A DNA stretch of 64,000 bases from assembly GCA_902628335.1 (NCBI GenBank), contig CACOMO010000002.1, positions 143,684 through 207,683 on the forward strand, in the 5' to 3' direction. Position 1 is the first letter of the stretch. Every line of letters begins with the position of its first letter. This stretch comes from an uncultured Gammaproteobacteria bacterium. GTDB taxonomy: Bacteria; Pseudomonadota; Gammaproteobacteria; GCA-002705445; GCA-002716945. Below the pieces are notes generated by a model. The model had not been told where the DNA came from. It saw only the letters and a list, made by a program, of their open reading frames with translations, and did not search any database. Of the stretch, positions 10,327-20,755 are shown one piece after another. Both the position numbers and the translations under genes were made by a program.

Positions 10327-11190
10327 TTATTGAAAATAAAATATAGACAAACCCCAGATAATAAAAATTGTACCTGTTGTATATCTATACTGCATTGGAA
10401 ATTTCACCGACAGCTTCTCAAACATAACAAAGAGCGTTAGAATGACTACCCACATTATATTCATTACGCCAAGTGCAAATAATGTAAGCATAAGAAACCA
10501 GCAACATCCTACACAGTAAAAACCGTGCTTATATCCAATTACGAAAGCACCCAGGTTACCCTCTTTCCAATTGTTCATCATGAATGTTAAAGGCGATTGA
10601 CAAACTGAAAGACAAGCATCTTTGAATGAACTAAATTGATACAAGCCCGCACCTATTAAAACAAATGCGCCAAATAAAGCATGAGTAGGCTCCATCATTG
10701 GATTAAGAAGTCCGACTTTATGTAGTCCATATTGCGGCAATGTAATTACCAAACTAAACAAAATCCAACTCATTAAATAACCGCTTAGAAGATAAATAGC
10801 ATTAGCAGATGCTTTATTCTCTCTAATATTTTTTGAATTGAGTGTTGTGAACAGCATAACCATTGGAAGTATTGAAGGTGTCATCATTGCAATCATCATT
10901 ACAGCCCACATTAGGAATAAAAATAAAAAATCCGTTAATAACCATGCTCCACTCATTGGTGGCATCCATGTGATAATTGAACTAACGATAGATCTATCTT
11001 GCATATTCATCTTCATGCTATCCATTTGCATGCCATCCGTCGGTGATGATGAGATAAAAGGTAATGTGCCCATCTCCCATCCCATTCCAATAATATATGC
11101 CCATGATGCAAGGAGAACTGATACAACTCCAATATAGACAATCATTCTGTCTCTGAGGGGGGCTTTTTCTAGACTTAAATTTGATGACAT
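10327..11190 (-). CDS. DUF2182 predicted metal-binding integral membrane protein
   Basis: MWAVMMIAMMTPS, YQFSSFKDACLSVCQSP, YCVGCCW; Met-rich loop. Confidence 0.88.
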   Translation of the reverse strand: MSSNLSLEKAPLRDRMIVYIGVVSVLLASWAYIIGMGWEMGTLPFISSSPTDGMQMDSMKMNMQDRSIVSSIITWMPPMSGAWLLTDFLFLFLMWAVMMIAMMTPSILPMVMLFTTLNSKNIRENKASANAIYLLSGYLMSWILFSLVITLPQYGLHKVGLLNPMMEPTHALFGAFVLIGAGLYQFSSFKDACLSVCQSPLTFMMNNWKEGNLGAFVIGYKHGFYCVGCCWFLMLTLFALGVMNIMWVVILTLFVMFEKLSVKFPMQYRYTTGTIFIIWGLSIFYFQ

Positions 11191-11200
11191 ATGCAGACAA

Positions 11201-11236
11201 AATAATCACTGCCCATTAATATGGGCAGAGATTATT
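11201..11236 (-). terminator. Hairpin between the DUF1326 and DUF2182 genes (weak terminator or RNA stability element)
   Basis: AATAATC-A-CTGCCCAT-TAAT-ATGGGCAG-A-GATTATT inverted repeat; short U-rich tail on the minus strand. Confidence 0.6.
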
Positions 11237-11244
11237 CAACTAGA

Positions 11245-12054
11245 TTATGACTTTTCAACTGCGGTTTGCTTATTAGCTCCATCCATATATACGAATGGTG
11301 AACTTAATCCATTTCCACCTTCATAGGAATGACTTATCCCATGATCACTATAAGACATTTTAGAAGCTCTACTTACAGTAATTGGAAATGGTGGTGCAAC
11401 TGCGAGAGGCGTGTCATGAACGACCACTGGTCGTCCTGCTGCACCTGCTAATTGCTCCATCTTATTCTCGCCTATACCATCGATTATCAAATGACGATGC
11501 GGCGAGTCTACTTTATATGAGATTCTTGCTGACCTAGTTGGTAAAAATTCTCTAGGACCACCCTCTGCTCCCTTTGCAAGGCTTGCTACTACTCCTAGAT
11601 GTCCACCATGAATCCCATGGTATGCTTCTGTTAGAGCTTTTCTCTGTGAACTACTTGCGCTGCTGTCCACATATAGCGCCATTGTGAACCCACCTTTGAG
11701 AAGGTTCTGAGGAGCATATAAAAACATAGCTACTTTAGTCCCACTCACATCAACAGTTCCAACATGACCTTTTTCAATATTCCAACCTAAAAGCGCTGTG
11801 CACGAGCCTTGAGTCGGATCTAACAAAAGTAAACACGGACAAATTGTCTCACAGGTGCAACTTTCAAAATATGATCCTCTTAAATACATAGTATGATCTG
11901 CTAGTGCTGCGTCAGCATCTTTTGTTTTGAACATTGACCCTACTATAGGTGTTGCAGCAGCTATAGTTGCTAAACTTTTGATAAATGTGCGTCTCGAACC
12001 GTGAACTTTGTCAAGAAATCCTTTTTTATTATTCTGTTTTATTTGATTAATCAT
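11245..12054 (-). CDS. DUF1326 family protein with twin-arginine signal peptide
   Basis: GSYFESCTCETICPC...C motif; SRRTFIK Tat motif followed by an h-region and an ADA-A cleavage-like site. Confidence 0.85.
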   Translation of the reverse strand: MINQIKQNNKKGFLDKVHGSRRTFIKSLATIAAATPIVGSMFKTKDADAALADHTMYLRGSYFESCTCETICPCLLLLDPTQGSCTALLGWNIEKGHVGTVDVSGTKVAMFLYAPQNLLKGGFTMALYVDSSASSSQRKALTEAYHGIHGGHLGVVASLAKGAEGGPREFLPTRSARISYKVDSPHRHLIIDGIGENKMEQLAGAAGRPVVVHDTPLAVAPPFPITVSRASKMSYSDHGISHSYEGGNGLSSPFVYMDGANKQTAVEKS

Positions 12055-12128
12055 TTTCCGCCCTCTTTCTTATAATTATTGTAATGATAACATAAATTAA
12101 CAGTGATAATATCTTTAATCAATAATTG

Positions 12129-12150
12129 TATATTAGAGAACTCTAATATA
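12129..12150. promoter_or_regulatory. Perfect palindromic operator-like site TATATTAGAG-AA-CTCTAATATA
   Basis: 10-bp perfect inverted repeat overlapping a minus-strand TACAAT (12125-12130); similar copies at four other promoters. Confidence 0.7.
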
Positions 12151-12289
12151 ATGATGATTAAAAATGCTGTGAGATAATTAATCAGTTATAAATATTATGA
12201 ACATTGAGTATCTAAAACAGTTTTTTATGATATCCTATCTAGGTAACTTTGGATAAAGCTACACGAATCTAGTCCAACAAGGGGGGCAA

Positions 12290-12517
12290 ATGAAAAAATT
12301 CAAAATAGTGTCTGTCTTTATGTTGACTGCTGTTTTAACAGCATGTGGTGGTGGAGTCGGAACCCCACCAAGTGAATATACTGCTAAAATTTATCCTATC
12401 GAAGGAGACTTTGATCGCTTTGAAACTGTAGGACCATTCTCTTCTAGAGATGAATGTACAGCTAAAGCTAAAGAGATGAATGCTGCGGCATATTCATGTG
12501 ATCCTAAGACAAACTAA
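12290..12517 (+). CDS. Small lipoprotein of unknown function
   Basis: MKK + hydrophobic stretch + LTAC lipobox; two further Cys; G-rich RBS. Confidence 0.75.
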   Translation: MKKFKIVSVFMLTAVLTACGGGVGTPPSEYTAKIYPIEGDFDRFETVGPFSSRDECTAKAKEMNAAAYSCDPKTN

Positions 12518-12535
12518 GGCAACAAAATGTGATTT

Positions 12536-12569
12536 ATACCACTAATATATTTTTACATATTAGTGGTAT
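12536..12569. terminator. Probable bidirectional terminator between convergent genes
   Basis: 13-bp stem ATACCACTAATAT / ATATTAGTGGTAT. Confidence 0.7.
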
Positions 12570-12571
12570 CT

Positions 12572-13423
12572 TCACAGTGCAGAAATAAAGTTGCTAATAA
12601 GATCATACGATTTGTATGAATAGTCACCGACATTACCCTTGCCAATTTTTTTATTATCAATTTCAGTAATTGGTACACAATAGTTCGTCGAAGAAGTGCA
12701 CCATACTTCCTCTGAGGTTAATAAATCATCCTCGGTGACATCCGTCTCCTCTACAACTATATTATTTTTACGAAATAATTCGATGAGTAAATCTCTTGTT
12801 ACCCCTGGAAGTAGCTCTACACCAAGATTAGGCGTCATAACTTGTCCATTTTTTACCACGAATATATTGCTTGCTGAGCCCTCAGTAAGTTTATTGTCTC
12901 TGATAAGAAGAGTCTCATAAAAACCATTCTGAGCTGCATAATTTTTTAGCATAACATTGCCTAACAGAGAGATACTTTTTATGTTTGATTTCATCCATCG
13001 AAAATCTTCGCGAACACAACCTTTGAATCCATTTTCAAGTTTCTCTCTTGAGAATACTTTATATTCTTCACCCATAATTAAAATCGTATGTTTGATGTCT
13101 TCAGAATAGATATGATTTCTGGAGGATTGATAACCTCTTGTAATGTGGACATAAAAAAAATGATTTACATACTGATTTCTAGAAATCAATTCAAGCATTA
13201 TTTGTTCAAGATTCTCTGTGAGCCCAGAACTTGTTCTCATGCCAACGAGTTCCATACTAGATCTAAGTCTTTGTAGATGCTTATTGATTAAAAAAGGTTT
13301 CGAATTATATATTGGTATTAACTCATAAACCCCATCACCGAAAAGAAAACCTCTGTCCATGATTGATATTTTCGCGTCATCACGATTAATATATTCACCA
13401 TTTAGATAAATTGTCTGACTCAT
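12572..13423 (-). CDS. dat: Class IV PLP aminotransferase (D-amino-acid transaminase-like)
   Basis: DRGFLFGDGVYE, IKSISLL, TEGSASN, LLPGVTR. Confidence 0.85.
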   Translation of the reverse strand: MSQTIYLNGEYINRDDAKISIMDRGFLFGDGVYELIPIYNSKPFLINKHLQRLRSSMELVGMRTSSGLTENLEQIMLELISRNQYVNHFFYVHITRGYQSSRNHIYSEDIKHTILIMGEEYKVFSREKLENGFKGCVREDFRWMKSNIKSISLLGNVMLKNYAAQNGFYETLLIRDNKLTEGSASNIFVVKNGQVMTPNLGVELLPGVTRDLLIELFRKNNIVVEETDVTEDDLLTSEEVWCTSSTNYCVPITEIDNKKIGKGNVGDYSYKSYDLISNFISAL

Positions 13424-14590
13424 TTAAAAATTTTTAAGTATAGAATCAAGAGTCCTTCTGTACAGGCTTCCTAATTGTATTTCCTCCAATGCATACAAAT
13501 TAATTTTAGTAATCACCTCATCATTCAACCTAATAGTGACATAACCCACATTTTCACCTTTTGAAACTGGAGCTGTTAAATTTTTATCTATAATGAAGGT
13601 TTTTTTAATTTTCTTAATCGATCTTCTTGGTACTGAAATGTATTGCTTCTCTAGAACACCTAACTTAATTTCCTGTTCTTCCCCATCAAATATTCTTGCA
13701 TTGAAAACTATATCATTTTTCTCATAGATTTTATGAGTTTCATAAAATCTAAATCCATACTCTAACAAAGATTTAGAAACAGCTGTTCGTTGATCGGGTG
13801 ATTTGGCGCCCATCACTACAGATATCAATCTTCTATTAGCTCTTTTAGCCGATGACACGAGACAATAACCAGCTTTTTTAGTAAAACCTGTTTTTATCCC
13901 ATCTACACTATCATCAACGTATAACAACTTATTTCTAGAGAATTGTTTGATATCATTAAAAATATATTCTTTTTTAGAATACAACTTATATCTATTTGGA
14001 AAGTTTTTTATTAAATTTCTTGATAAAATGGCAACATCTTCAGCAGAAGTAAACAGCTGGTCATTAGGTAACCCAGTCGAATTTACATAGTTAGTATTCC
14101 TTAGACCCATATTTGATGCGATTTGATTCATATAAATGGAGAATGTCTCCTCATCTCCAGAAATGTGTTCAGCAAGCGCTACACTTGCATCATTTCCAGA
14201 TGAGGTAATTATCCCTTGTAAGATATCAGAGACTTTGATTTTTTTTCCTACCTCAATGAACATTTTAGAGCCACCAGTCTTCCACGCTTTCTTACTTACA
14301 GTTATTTTATCATCCAAAGAGAGTGTTTGATTTTCCAATTCCAAAAATGCAACATAAGAAGTCATTATTTTTGTAATACTTGCAGGTGGTAATACTAAAC
14401 CAGGATTTTTTGAGGCGATTATCATTCCACTATCGTAATCCATTAGAACGAAAGACTTAATGTTAGGATTTGGAGGTTTTGGAATAGGCGATGCAAATAT
14501 GTCAGTCAATACAACACTACTAGATAAAAATAATATAAAAAAAGACAGTGCTATTTTAATTCGCTTAATCATATCGTGTAATTGTAGCAT
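13424..14590 (-). CDS. D-alanyl-D-alanine carboxypeptidase (PBP5/6 type)
   Basis: PASITK (SxxK), SGN, KTG motifs; start may be slightly downstream. Confidence 0.93.
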   Translation of the reverse strand: MLQLHDMIKRIKIALSFFILFLSSSVVLTDIFASPIPKPPNPNIKSFVLMDYDSGMIIASKNPGLVLPPASITKIMTSYVAFLELENQTLSLDDKITVSKKAWKTGGSKMFIEVGKKIKVSDILQGIITSSGNDASVALAEHISGDEETFSIYMNQIASNMGLRNTNYVNSTGLPNDQLFTSAEDVAILSRNLIKNFPNRYKLYSKKEYIFNDIKQFSRNKLLYVDDSVDGIKTGFTKKAGYCLVSSAKRANRRLISVVMGAKSPDQRTAVSKSLLEYGFRFYETHKIYEKNDIVFNARIFDGEEQEIKLGVLEKQYISVPRRSIKKIKKTFIIDKNLTAPVSKGENVGYVTIRLNDEVITKINLYALEEIQLGSLYRRTLDSILKNF

Positions 14591-14593
14591 AAA

Positions 14594-15619
14594 TTATAAC
14601 CTTTCCATCTGAGATTTAGCTTCTCTTAGCTCCATACTGAGAAAATGAACAGCTAGAGCATATAAACGACTTCGATTGTATCGTGTGATGACATAGAAGT
14701 TCTTATGTGCAAAATTAAAGATATCTCCAGATGGTTCCTTTCTTGCTATTATAGATAATTTTTCATCATCTCTGATATTTGCACTAGATTTCAATCCTTT
14801 TGACATGTAAATCTCATATTTGGTTGATGGTTTATATGATTTCTTTGATTCACTTATTAAACTACTTGTGCTTCCCGTATTTATTTGTGACAGTACTGGC
14901 TGATTATATCTCCAACCATGTTTGGAAAAATAATTAGCTACGCTCCCAATTACATCAGCGTTTGAATTCCATAAATCAACTTTATCGTCGTTATTAAAAT
15001 CAATAGCATAATTCCTATAGCTACTAGAAATAAATTGTGGTTTGCCTAGAGCACCCGCATAAGAACCTTTAATCGATCTAGGATCCAAATTATTTTCTCT
15101 ACATAAAAGTAAAAAATTTATGAGTTCAGATCTGTAAAATTCTGCTCTTCTACCTTTATTTGGGCCCAATGATAGCGATGCAAGTGTGTCAAATGTTTTG
15201 AATGATCCAGTCCGACTTCCGTATTTGCTCTCAATACCTATTATCGATATTATTATCTCAGCAGGAATTTTGTATTCTTTCTCTGCTTTTTTTAGAAGAG
15301 AGTCGTTCTCTTTCCAGAATTCTAGGCCTCTTGTGATATTATTTTTAGTTATAAATAGTTTCTTGTAATTAGTACAGTTTTTATCTTTAATATCACATCC
15401 ATTCCATGTCAAAGTTCTTTCTGGTGCTTTTTTAAAAAATTTCTTTATTCTATTTTCTGTTTTTATTTCGGAGAAAAGTTCAAACAGTATCTCACTATCG
15501 TAATTGTGCTCTTTTTCCATAAATTTAACAAACTTTTTCACATCATGAGTATTATATTTATCTGCATATAGAGGGCTGACTGATGTTATGATCAAAAATA
15601 AACAAATAAAGATTCTCAT
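14594..15619 (-). CDS. mltB: Lytic murein transglycosylase B
   Basis: IIGIESKYG, GSYAGALGKPQF, SVANY, ITRYNRS. Confidence 0.92.
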   Translation of the reverse strand: MRIFICLFLIITSVSPLYADKYNTHDVKKFVKFMEKEHNYDSEILFELFSEIKTENRIKKFFKKAPERTLTWNGCDIKDKNCTNYKKLFITKNNITRGLEFWKENDSLLKKAEKEYKIPAEIIISIIGIESKYGSRTGSFKTFDTLASLSLGPNKGRRAEFYRSELINFLLLCRENNLDPRSIKGSYAGALGKPQFISSSYRNYAIDFNNDDKVDLWNSNADVIGSVANYFSKHGWRYNQPVLSQINTGSTSSLISESKKSYKPSTKYEIYMSKGLKSSANIRDDEKLSIIARKEPSGDIFNFAHKNFYVITRYNRSRLYALAVHFLSMELREAKSQMERL

Positions 15620-16731
15620 TTTCTTAAAATCCTCTGGTGTGATTTAATTGACATGATAATTCCAACTGTAGCAAAAAGTGTAACCATTGATGTTCCTCCG
15701 TAGCTCATGAATGGTAAAGGGGCTCCAACTACAGGTAAGAAACCTATAACCATTCCTACATTAACGATAACGTATAGAAATAATGTGAGACTGAGAGTAC
15801 CAGACAGAATTCTACCAAAATTATCTGTTGCTTTCACTGAAATAGTTAAACCTCGCAATGCTATAAACAAATATAAAGATAGTAGAAGCAAGACGCCTAG
15901 AAACCCAAACTCCTCACCAAAAGCTGAAAAAATAAAGTCAGTAGAATGTTCTGGCACAAAACCAAGTTTTGATTGTGTTCCATTAAATAAACCTTTCCCG
16001 AAAAATCCGCCTGACCCAAGGGCAATTTTAGACTGCAAAAGGTGGTAACCTGCTCCCATGGGGTCAGATTCTGGATCAAAGAAAGTCAATACTCTTTGTT
16101 TTTGATAATCATGCATATTCATCCACAACACGGGGGCAAGAAGTATAATCGTTAGGCTGCTACCAATAAAGAATTTTAGGGATATACCTGCTAGAAGAAT
16201 CGCTATAGCACCTGACATGCCAATGAGAAGTGCTGTTCCAAGGTCAGGCTGCTTCATAATCATCAAAACAGGTGCAAGGACAATAAGAGATGCGATTAAC
16301 AAGTAAGTTGATTTTGGTGGCAATGGTTTATTGGAGTAATAGTAGGCAACCATTAGTGGCACAAAAATTTTCATTAATTCAGAGGGTTGAAACCTGAAGA
16401 GATACAGATCTAACCATCTGTCAGCAGTGTTTCCTACACCAAAGAATAAGACCATAAAAAGAAGTATGAAGGTCACAAAATAAAGGAATGGAGCAAATAA
16501 TCTCAAGTTATCGGGATGTACTTGAGCTATAAATATCATAGTAATTATACCTATAACAATTCGAGTTGCCTGTTTAATTACGAGTGATAAATCACCTGAT
16601 GAGCTGCTGTAAATAGTTAATAAACCAAGAAAAGTTATGATTAGTATTGCAATAAAAATTTTAGCGTCTATCCTCAATATGCTAGAAATACCGCCGTATT
16701 GTCTTTGACTATAGCTTATAAAATCACTCAT
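15616..16731 (-). CDS. rodA: Rod shape-determining SEDS glycosyltransferase RodA
   Basis: FQPSELMK, QPDLGT, PEHSTDFIF, SYGGTS; downstream of PBP2. Confidence 0.95.
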   Translation of the reverse strand: MSDFISYSQRQYGGISSILRIDAKIFIAILIITFLGLLTIYSSSSGDLSLVIKQATRIVIGIITMIFIAQVHPDNLRLFAPFLYFVTFILLFMVLFFGVGNTADRWLDLYLFRFQPSELMKIFVPLMVAYYYSNKPLPPKSTYLLIASLIVLAPVLMIMKQPDLGTALLIGMSGAIAILLAGISLKFFIGSSLTIILLAPVLWMNMHDYQKQRVLTFFDPESDPMGAGYHLLQSKIALGSGGFFGKGLFNGTQSKLGFVPEHSTDFIFSAFGEEFGFLGVLLLLSLYLFIALRGLTISVKATDNFGRILSGTLSLTLFLYVIVNVGMVIGFLPVVGAPLPFMSYGGTSMVTLFATVGIIMSIKSHQRILRK

Positions 16732-18634
16732 TCTTAGTAATTAATTCCTCTTTGCTGTTGATATAGAATTCAATTGCGTCTCTTGCAATCGGCGCTGCGA
16801 CAGATGAACCTCCTCCACCATGCTCAACAATCACAGTAACTACTATTTCAGGATCCTCAAAAGGTGCATAACTTATAAATAAAGCATGATCCTGCAACTG
16901 CTTTTTGTCTGTCTTACCTTTGTCTAGAGAATAGACCTGAGCTGTGCCTGTTTTACCAGCTAATTCTATGTTACGAACTTTTTTAAGTTGAGAGGCAGTA
17001 CCAACACCTCTCTCATTTGTAACACGCCACATTGCATGATGTACGATATCTAAATAATCTAAATTTGGATAGCTTGTGATAAACTTATTATTGCTGAAGT
17101 CATATTTCTCTATCGTATCTGTTTTTGAATCACGAATTTGCCTCAACAGATGAGGAGTGTATGTTTGGCCTGCGGTAGCCAAAGAGGATGTTGCTAAAGT
17201 TAGTTGAAGCGGAGTAGCGAGAAAATAACCTTGGCCAATTCCAACGTTTAGAGTTTCCCCGGGAAACCATGGTAATTGTTTCATTTTATATTTCCAGTCT
17301 CGATTAGGCACAAGCCCTGATGATTCATTATATAAATCAATGTATGTCTTTTGCCCAAAACCATATTTATAAATTTTATCACTTATGGTGTCAATTCCTG
17401 TCAATTCTGAAATTCGATAAAAGAAGACATCGCAAGATTGTGTTAATGCATAAGAAAGGTCTGTCGATCCATGACCCTCTTTTTTCCAACACTTAAAAGG
17501 TCTTTTGTGGTTATTAAGCAAATAGGCGCCATTGCACGAGACAAGTTTATCTGAATCTACAATTCCTTCCTCTAATGCTATTAGCCCGATAAATGGCTTA
17601 AGTGTTGAGCCAGGTGGATATTGTCCATTTATCGCCCTATTGATCATAGGTTTTCTTGGGTCTTTGATAAGTTTGTTATAATTTTTACTAGATATTGATT
17701 TTGTAAACATATTTATATCGTAACCTGGAGCACTCACAAGAGCTAAGATCTCTCCATTATTTGGGTTCATCACCACGACGCTACCCTCTTTATTTTTCAT
17801 TAAACTATAAATATAGTTCTGTAGCTCAATATCTATAGTCAGGTATATGTCATCGCCTCGCCTAGGGTCTTTTGTTTCTATAGTTCTTAAAATCTCACCA
17901 CGTGCGTCAGTCTCAAGCTTTTCATATCCAAATTCACCAGATAGAATGTTCTGGTAGAATCTTTCGAGACCGAGTTTTCCGATCTCTGTCATGCCTTCTT
18001 GAATATTGACAACGTCTGAATAGATATCTGAGTCAGATACTTTTCCGATGTACCCCAGGATATGAGATGTCGAAAATGGATATATGTACTCTCTTTTAGC
18101 CTTGGGACTAAGCTCCATCTCTGGAAGCAAATGTTTGTCCACAGAAATCAAACTATAGTCTTCTAAATCAATGTTAGGAATTAAGACCACTTCTTTTGCT
18201 CGTCGATCTGTTAATTGCTCCTTAATAGAGACTATATCGAGCTTACTTTTTGGTAAAACTTCATTAATCTTATCTAAGAAAACTTCATCATCATTAATTC
18301 TCTCTTTCTTTATAATGAGGTCAAAGGTACTTACATTCTTTGCTAATATCTGACCATTCCTATCATAAATATTCCCTCTTAGTGCTTGTACAGGTCTAAT
18401 TCTAATTCGATTAGACTCGGACTTTATTGCATAATACTCATATTCAGATATCTGCACTTCATAGAGTCTAAAGAGGTAAGTAGTAAATATAATAAGTACG
18501 AAAATTGTAGCAATTGTAGCTCTCTTTCTATGTGATCGACGTTCTTCATCAGCGTCATTCATTCGATCCCAGCTATATTTTTCTTCAATCTTATTCCTTT
18601 TTCTGATATTGTCTTCTCGAGCTTTTGTTTTCAT
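16724..18634 (-). CDS. mrdA: Penicillin-binding protein 2
   Basis: RGNIYDRNG, PGSTLK, SCD, KTGTAQ. Confidence 0.95.
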   Translation of the reverse strand: MKTKAREDNIRKRNKIEEKYSWDRMNDADEERRSHRKRATIATIFVLIIFTTYLFRLYEVQISEYEYYAIKSESNRIRIRPVQALRGNIYDRNGQILAKNVSTFDLIIKKERINDDEVFLDKINEVLPKSKLDIVSIKEQLTDRRAKEVVLIPNIDLEDYSLISVDKHLLPEMELSPKAKREYIYPFSTSHILGYIGKVSDSDIYSDVVNIQEGMTEIGKLGLERFYQNILSGEFGYEKLETDARGEILRTIETKDPRRGDDIYLTIDIELQNYIYSLMKNKEGSVVVMNPNNGEILALVSAPGYDINMFTKSISSKNYNKLIKDPRKPMINRAINGQYPPGSTLKPFIGLIALEEGIVDSDKLVSCNGAYLLNNHKRPFKCWKKEGHGSTDLSYALTQSCDVFFYRISELTGIDTISDKIYKYGFGQKTYIDLYNESSGLVPNRDWKYKMKQLPWFPGETLNVGIGQGYFLATPLQLTLATSSLATAGQTYTPHLLRQIRDSKTDTIEKYDFSNNKFITSYPNLDYLDIVHHAMWRVTNERGVGTASQLKKVRNIELAGKTGTAQVYSLDKGKTDKKQLQDHALFISYAPFEDPEIVVTVIVEHGGGGSSVAAPIARDAIEFYINSKEELITKNE

Positions 18635-18705
18635 GACATTACATTGTGAATATATAAAGGACTATAACATAAACAGTAATATGTGATCTAGAAAAGAGGA
18701 TTTTT

Positions 18706-20736
18706 ATGATAAATTTAGAATTCGTGCCAATTATACTTGGTTTATTTGGGCTCATAACGGCTCTTTTTTTATACAAATTTGTACTTACGTTCTCCGCCGG
18801 GGATGGCAAAATCGTTGAAATATCCGACCAAATCCACTTAGGTGCCATGGCGTTCATCAGAAAAGAATACTCTATCTTATTTGTGTTTGCTCTTATCCTG
18901 ATATTTGGTATTTATATTGGCTTGGGTATACCTAGCACAATAGCATTTATTATAGGGGCCGCTTGCTCCTCTGCTACAGGTTTTATTGGTATGTATACAG
19001 CCACAAAAGCAAACGTTAGGACAACTAACGCGGCGAATCAAACTGGTCTATCGGATAGTCTAGTTATAGCTTTTTTTGGCGGCTCAATCATGGGTTTAAC
19101 TGTTGCTGCCATGGGTCTACTGGGCCTTGGCGTGCTCTACTATTTATATGCCAGTGATCCAAGCACTGCCTCTGTTATTCATGGGTTTGGAATGGGCGCA
19201 TCTACGGTCGCTCTCTTTTCCAGAGTTGGTGGTGGAATTTTTACCAAATCAGCAGACGTGGGCGCAGATCTTGTAGGTAAAGTTGAAGCTGGCATCCCAG
19301 AGGATGATCCACGTAACCCAGGTGTCATTGCGGATAATGTTGGCGACAATGTGGGCGATGTGGCAGGAATGGGATCGGATATTTTTGAATCTTACTGTGG
19401 CTCAATAATAGCATCAATAGCAATCGCCTCCACGATTAGTTTGTCAGTAATTGACGTACTTGGTCCAAGGGAATCACTTATGTTCCTACCTTTAGCTCTA
19501 GCATCAGTGGGACTGTTATGTTCAATTGCTGGTATATTCATAGTAAAAATTCTCGCAAAAAGTACATCCACTGATAGAATAAGTGGCGCCCTTAGGGGAG
19601 GTACTTTTTCAGCGGCAATAATATTTATTATAATATCTTATTTCATAATCTTATTATTAGATCTTAATTCTAACATTTGGTTAGCTGTGCTAGCTGGTGC
19701 AGTAGGTGGGGTTATAATTGGTTTGGTAACAGAATATTATACAGGCGGCTCTCCTGTGAGGAAGATTGCAAACCAAGGTGAAACTGGTTCTGCAACTGTA
19801 ATAACATCTGGATTGGCAACTGGCTTAGAGTCTGTAGTTGTCCCTATTCTATCAATTGCTGTTATAATTTTTATCTCCAACGAGTATGCAGATCTGTATG
19901 GAGTTGGGATTGCTGCTGTTGGTATGCTTGCAACGGTTGGTATCACAATGGCAATCGATGCGTATGGGCCAGTGGCAGATAACGCAGGTGGTATAGCAGA
20001 GATGGCTGGCCTTGGTGAAAGTACAAGAGAAATTACTGACAGTCTTGATGAAGTCGGAAACACAACTGCTGCTATAGGCAAAGGTTTTGCGATTGGTGCA
20101 GCTGCTTTAGCAGCTCTTGCAATAATCACAGCGTTTGTCCAAGAAGTTAATCATCATTATGCTATTCAAGGAAAAGAGAATATTGAACTATTGCTCACTG
20201 ATACTAGAGTATTGATCGGTATATTTATAGGAGGAATGATACCATTCCTAGTTGGATCGCTTACAATAACTGCTGTTGGTGATGCAGCATTTGAAATGAT
20301 CACTGAAATAAGAAGACAATTTAAGGAAATTCCTGGTTTATTAGAAGGGACTGGTGAGCCCGATAATAACAGGTGTGTAGAAATTGCAACAACAGCAGCT
20401 CTAAAAAGAATGGTACTACCTGGCGCTATTGCAATATTCGCACCAGTAGTTGTAGGATTTGGCTTTGGTCCGGAAATGCTTGGAGGTCTTCTTGGTGGGG
20501 GGCTTTTGAGTTGTGTTTTACTGGCATTAACAATGTCAAATGCTGGTGGAGCATGGGATAACGCAAAAAAATATATTGAACAAGGTAATCTCGGTGGCAA
20601 AGGGTCAGAAACTCATAAAGCTGCTGTCGTCGGAGATACAGTTGGTGATCCACTGAAAGATACCTCAGGGCCTTCGATGAATATTCTTATAAATGTGATG
20701 GCTATTGTTAGTCTTGTAATAGCGCCACTTTTATAG
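18706..20736 (+). CDS. hppA: Membrane-bound pyrophosphatase, K+-dependent and probably Na+-translocating
   Basis: [26 protein letters not shown] (K+-dependent type), DIFESY Glu position typical of Na+-PPases. Confidence 0.93.
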   Translation: MINLEFVPIILGLFGLITALFLYKFVLTFSAGDGKIVEISDQIHLGAMAFIRKEYSILFVFALILIFGIYIGLGIPSTIAFIIGAACSSATGFIGMYTATKANVRTTNAANQTGLSDSLVIAFFGGSIMGLTVAAMGLLGLGVLYYLYASDPSTASVIHGFGMGASTVALFSRVGGGIFTKSADVGADLVGKVEAGIPEDDPRNPGVIADNVGDNVGDVAGMGSDIFESYCGSIIASIAIASTISLSVIDVLGPRESLMFLPLALASVGLLCSIAGIFIVKILAKSTSTDRISGALRGGTFSAAIIFIIISYFIILLLDLNSNIWLAVLAGAVGGVIIGLVTEYYTGGSPVRKIANQGETGSATVITSGLATGLESVVVPILSIAVIIFISNEYADLYGVGIAAVGMLATVGITMAIDAYGPVADNAGGIAEMAGLGESTREITDSLDEVGNTTAAIGKGFAIGAAALAALAIITAFVQEVNHHYAIQGKENIELLLTDTRVLIGIFIGGMIPFLVGSLTITAVGDAAFEMITEIRRQFKEIPGLLEGTGEPDNNRCVEIATTAALKRMVLPGAIAIFAPVVVGFGFGPEMLGGLLGGGLLSCVLLALTMSNAGGAWDNAKKYIEQGNLGGKGSETHKAAVVGDTVGDPLKDTSGPSMNILINVMAIVSLVIAPLL

Positions 20737-20755
20737 TTAAACAAGGGGGGAGATA

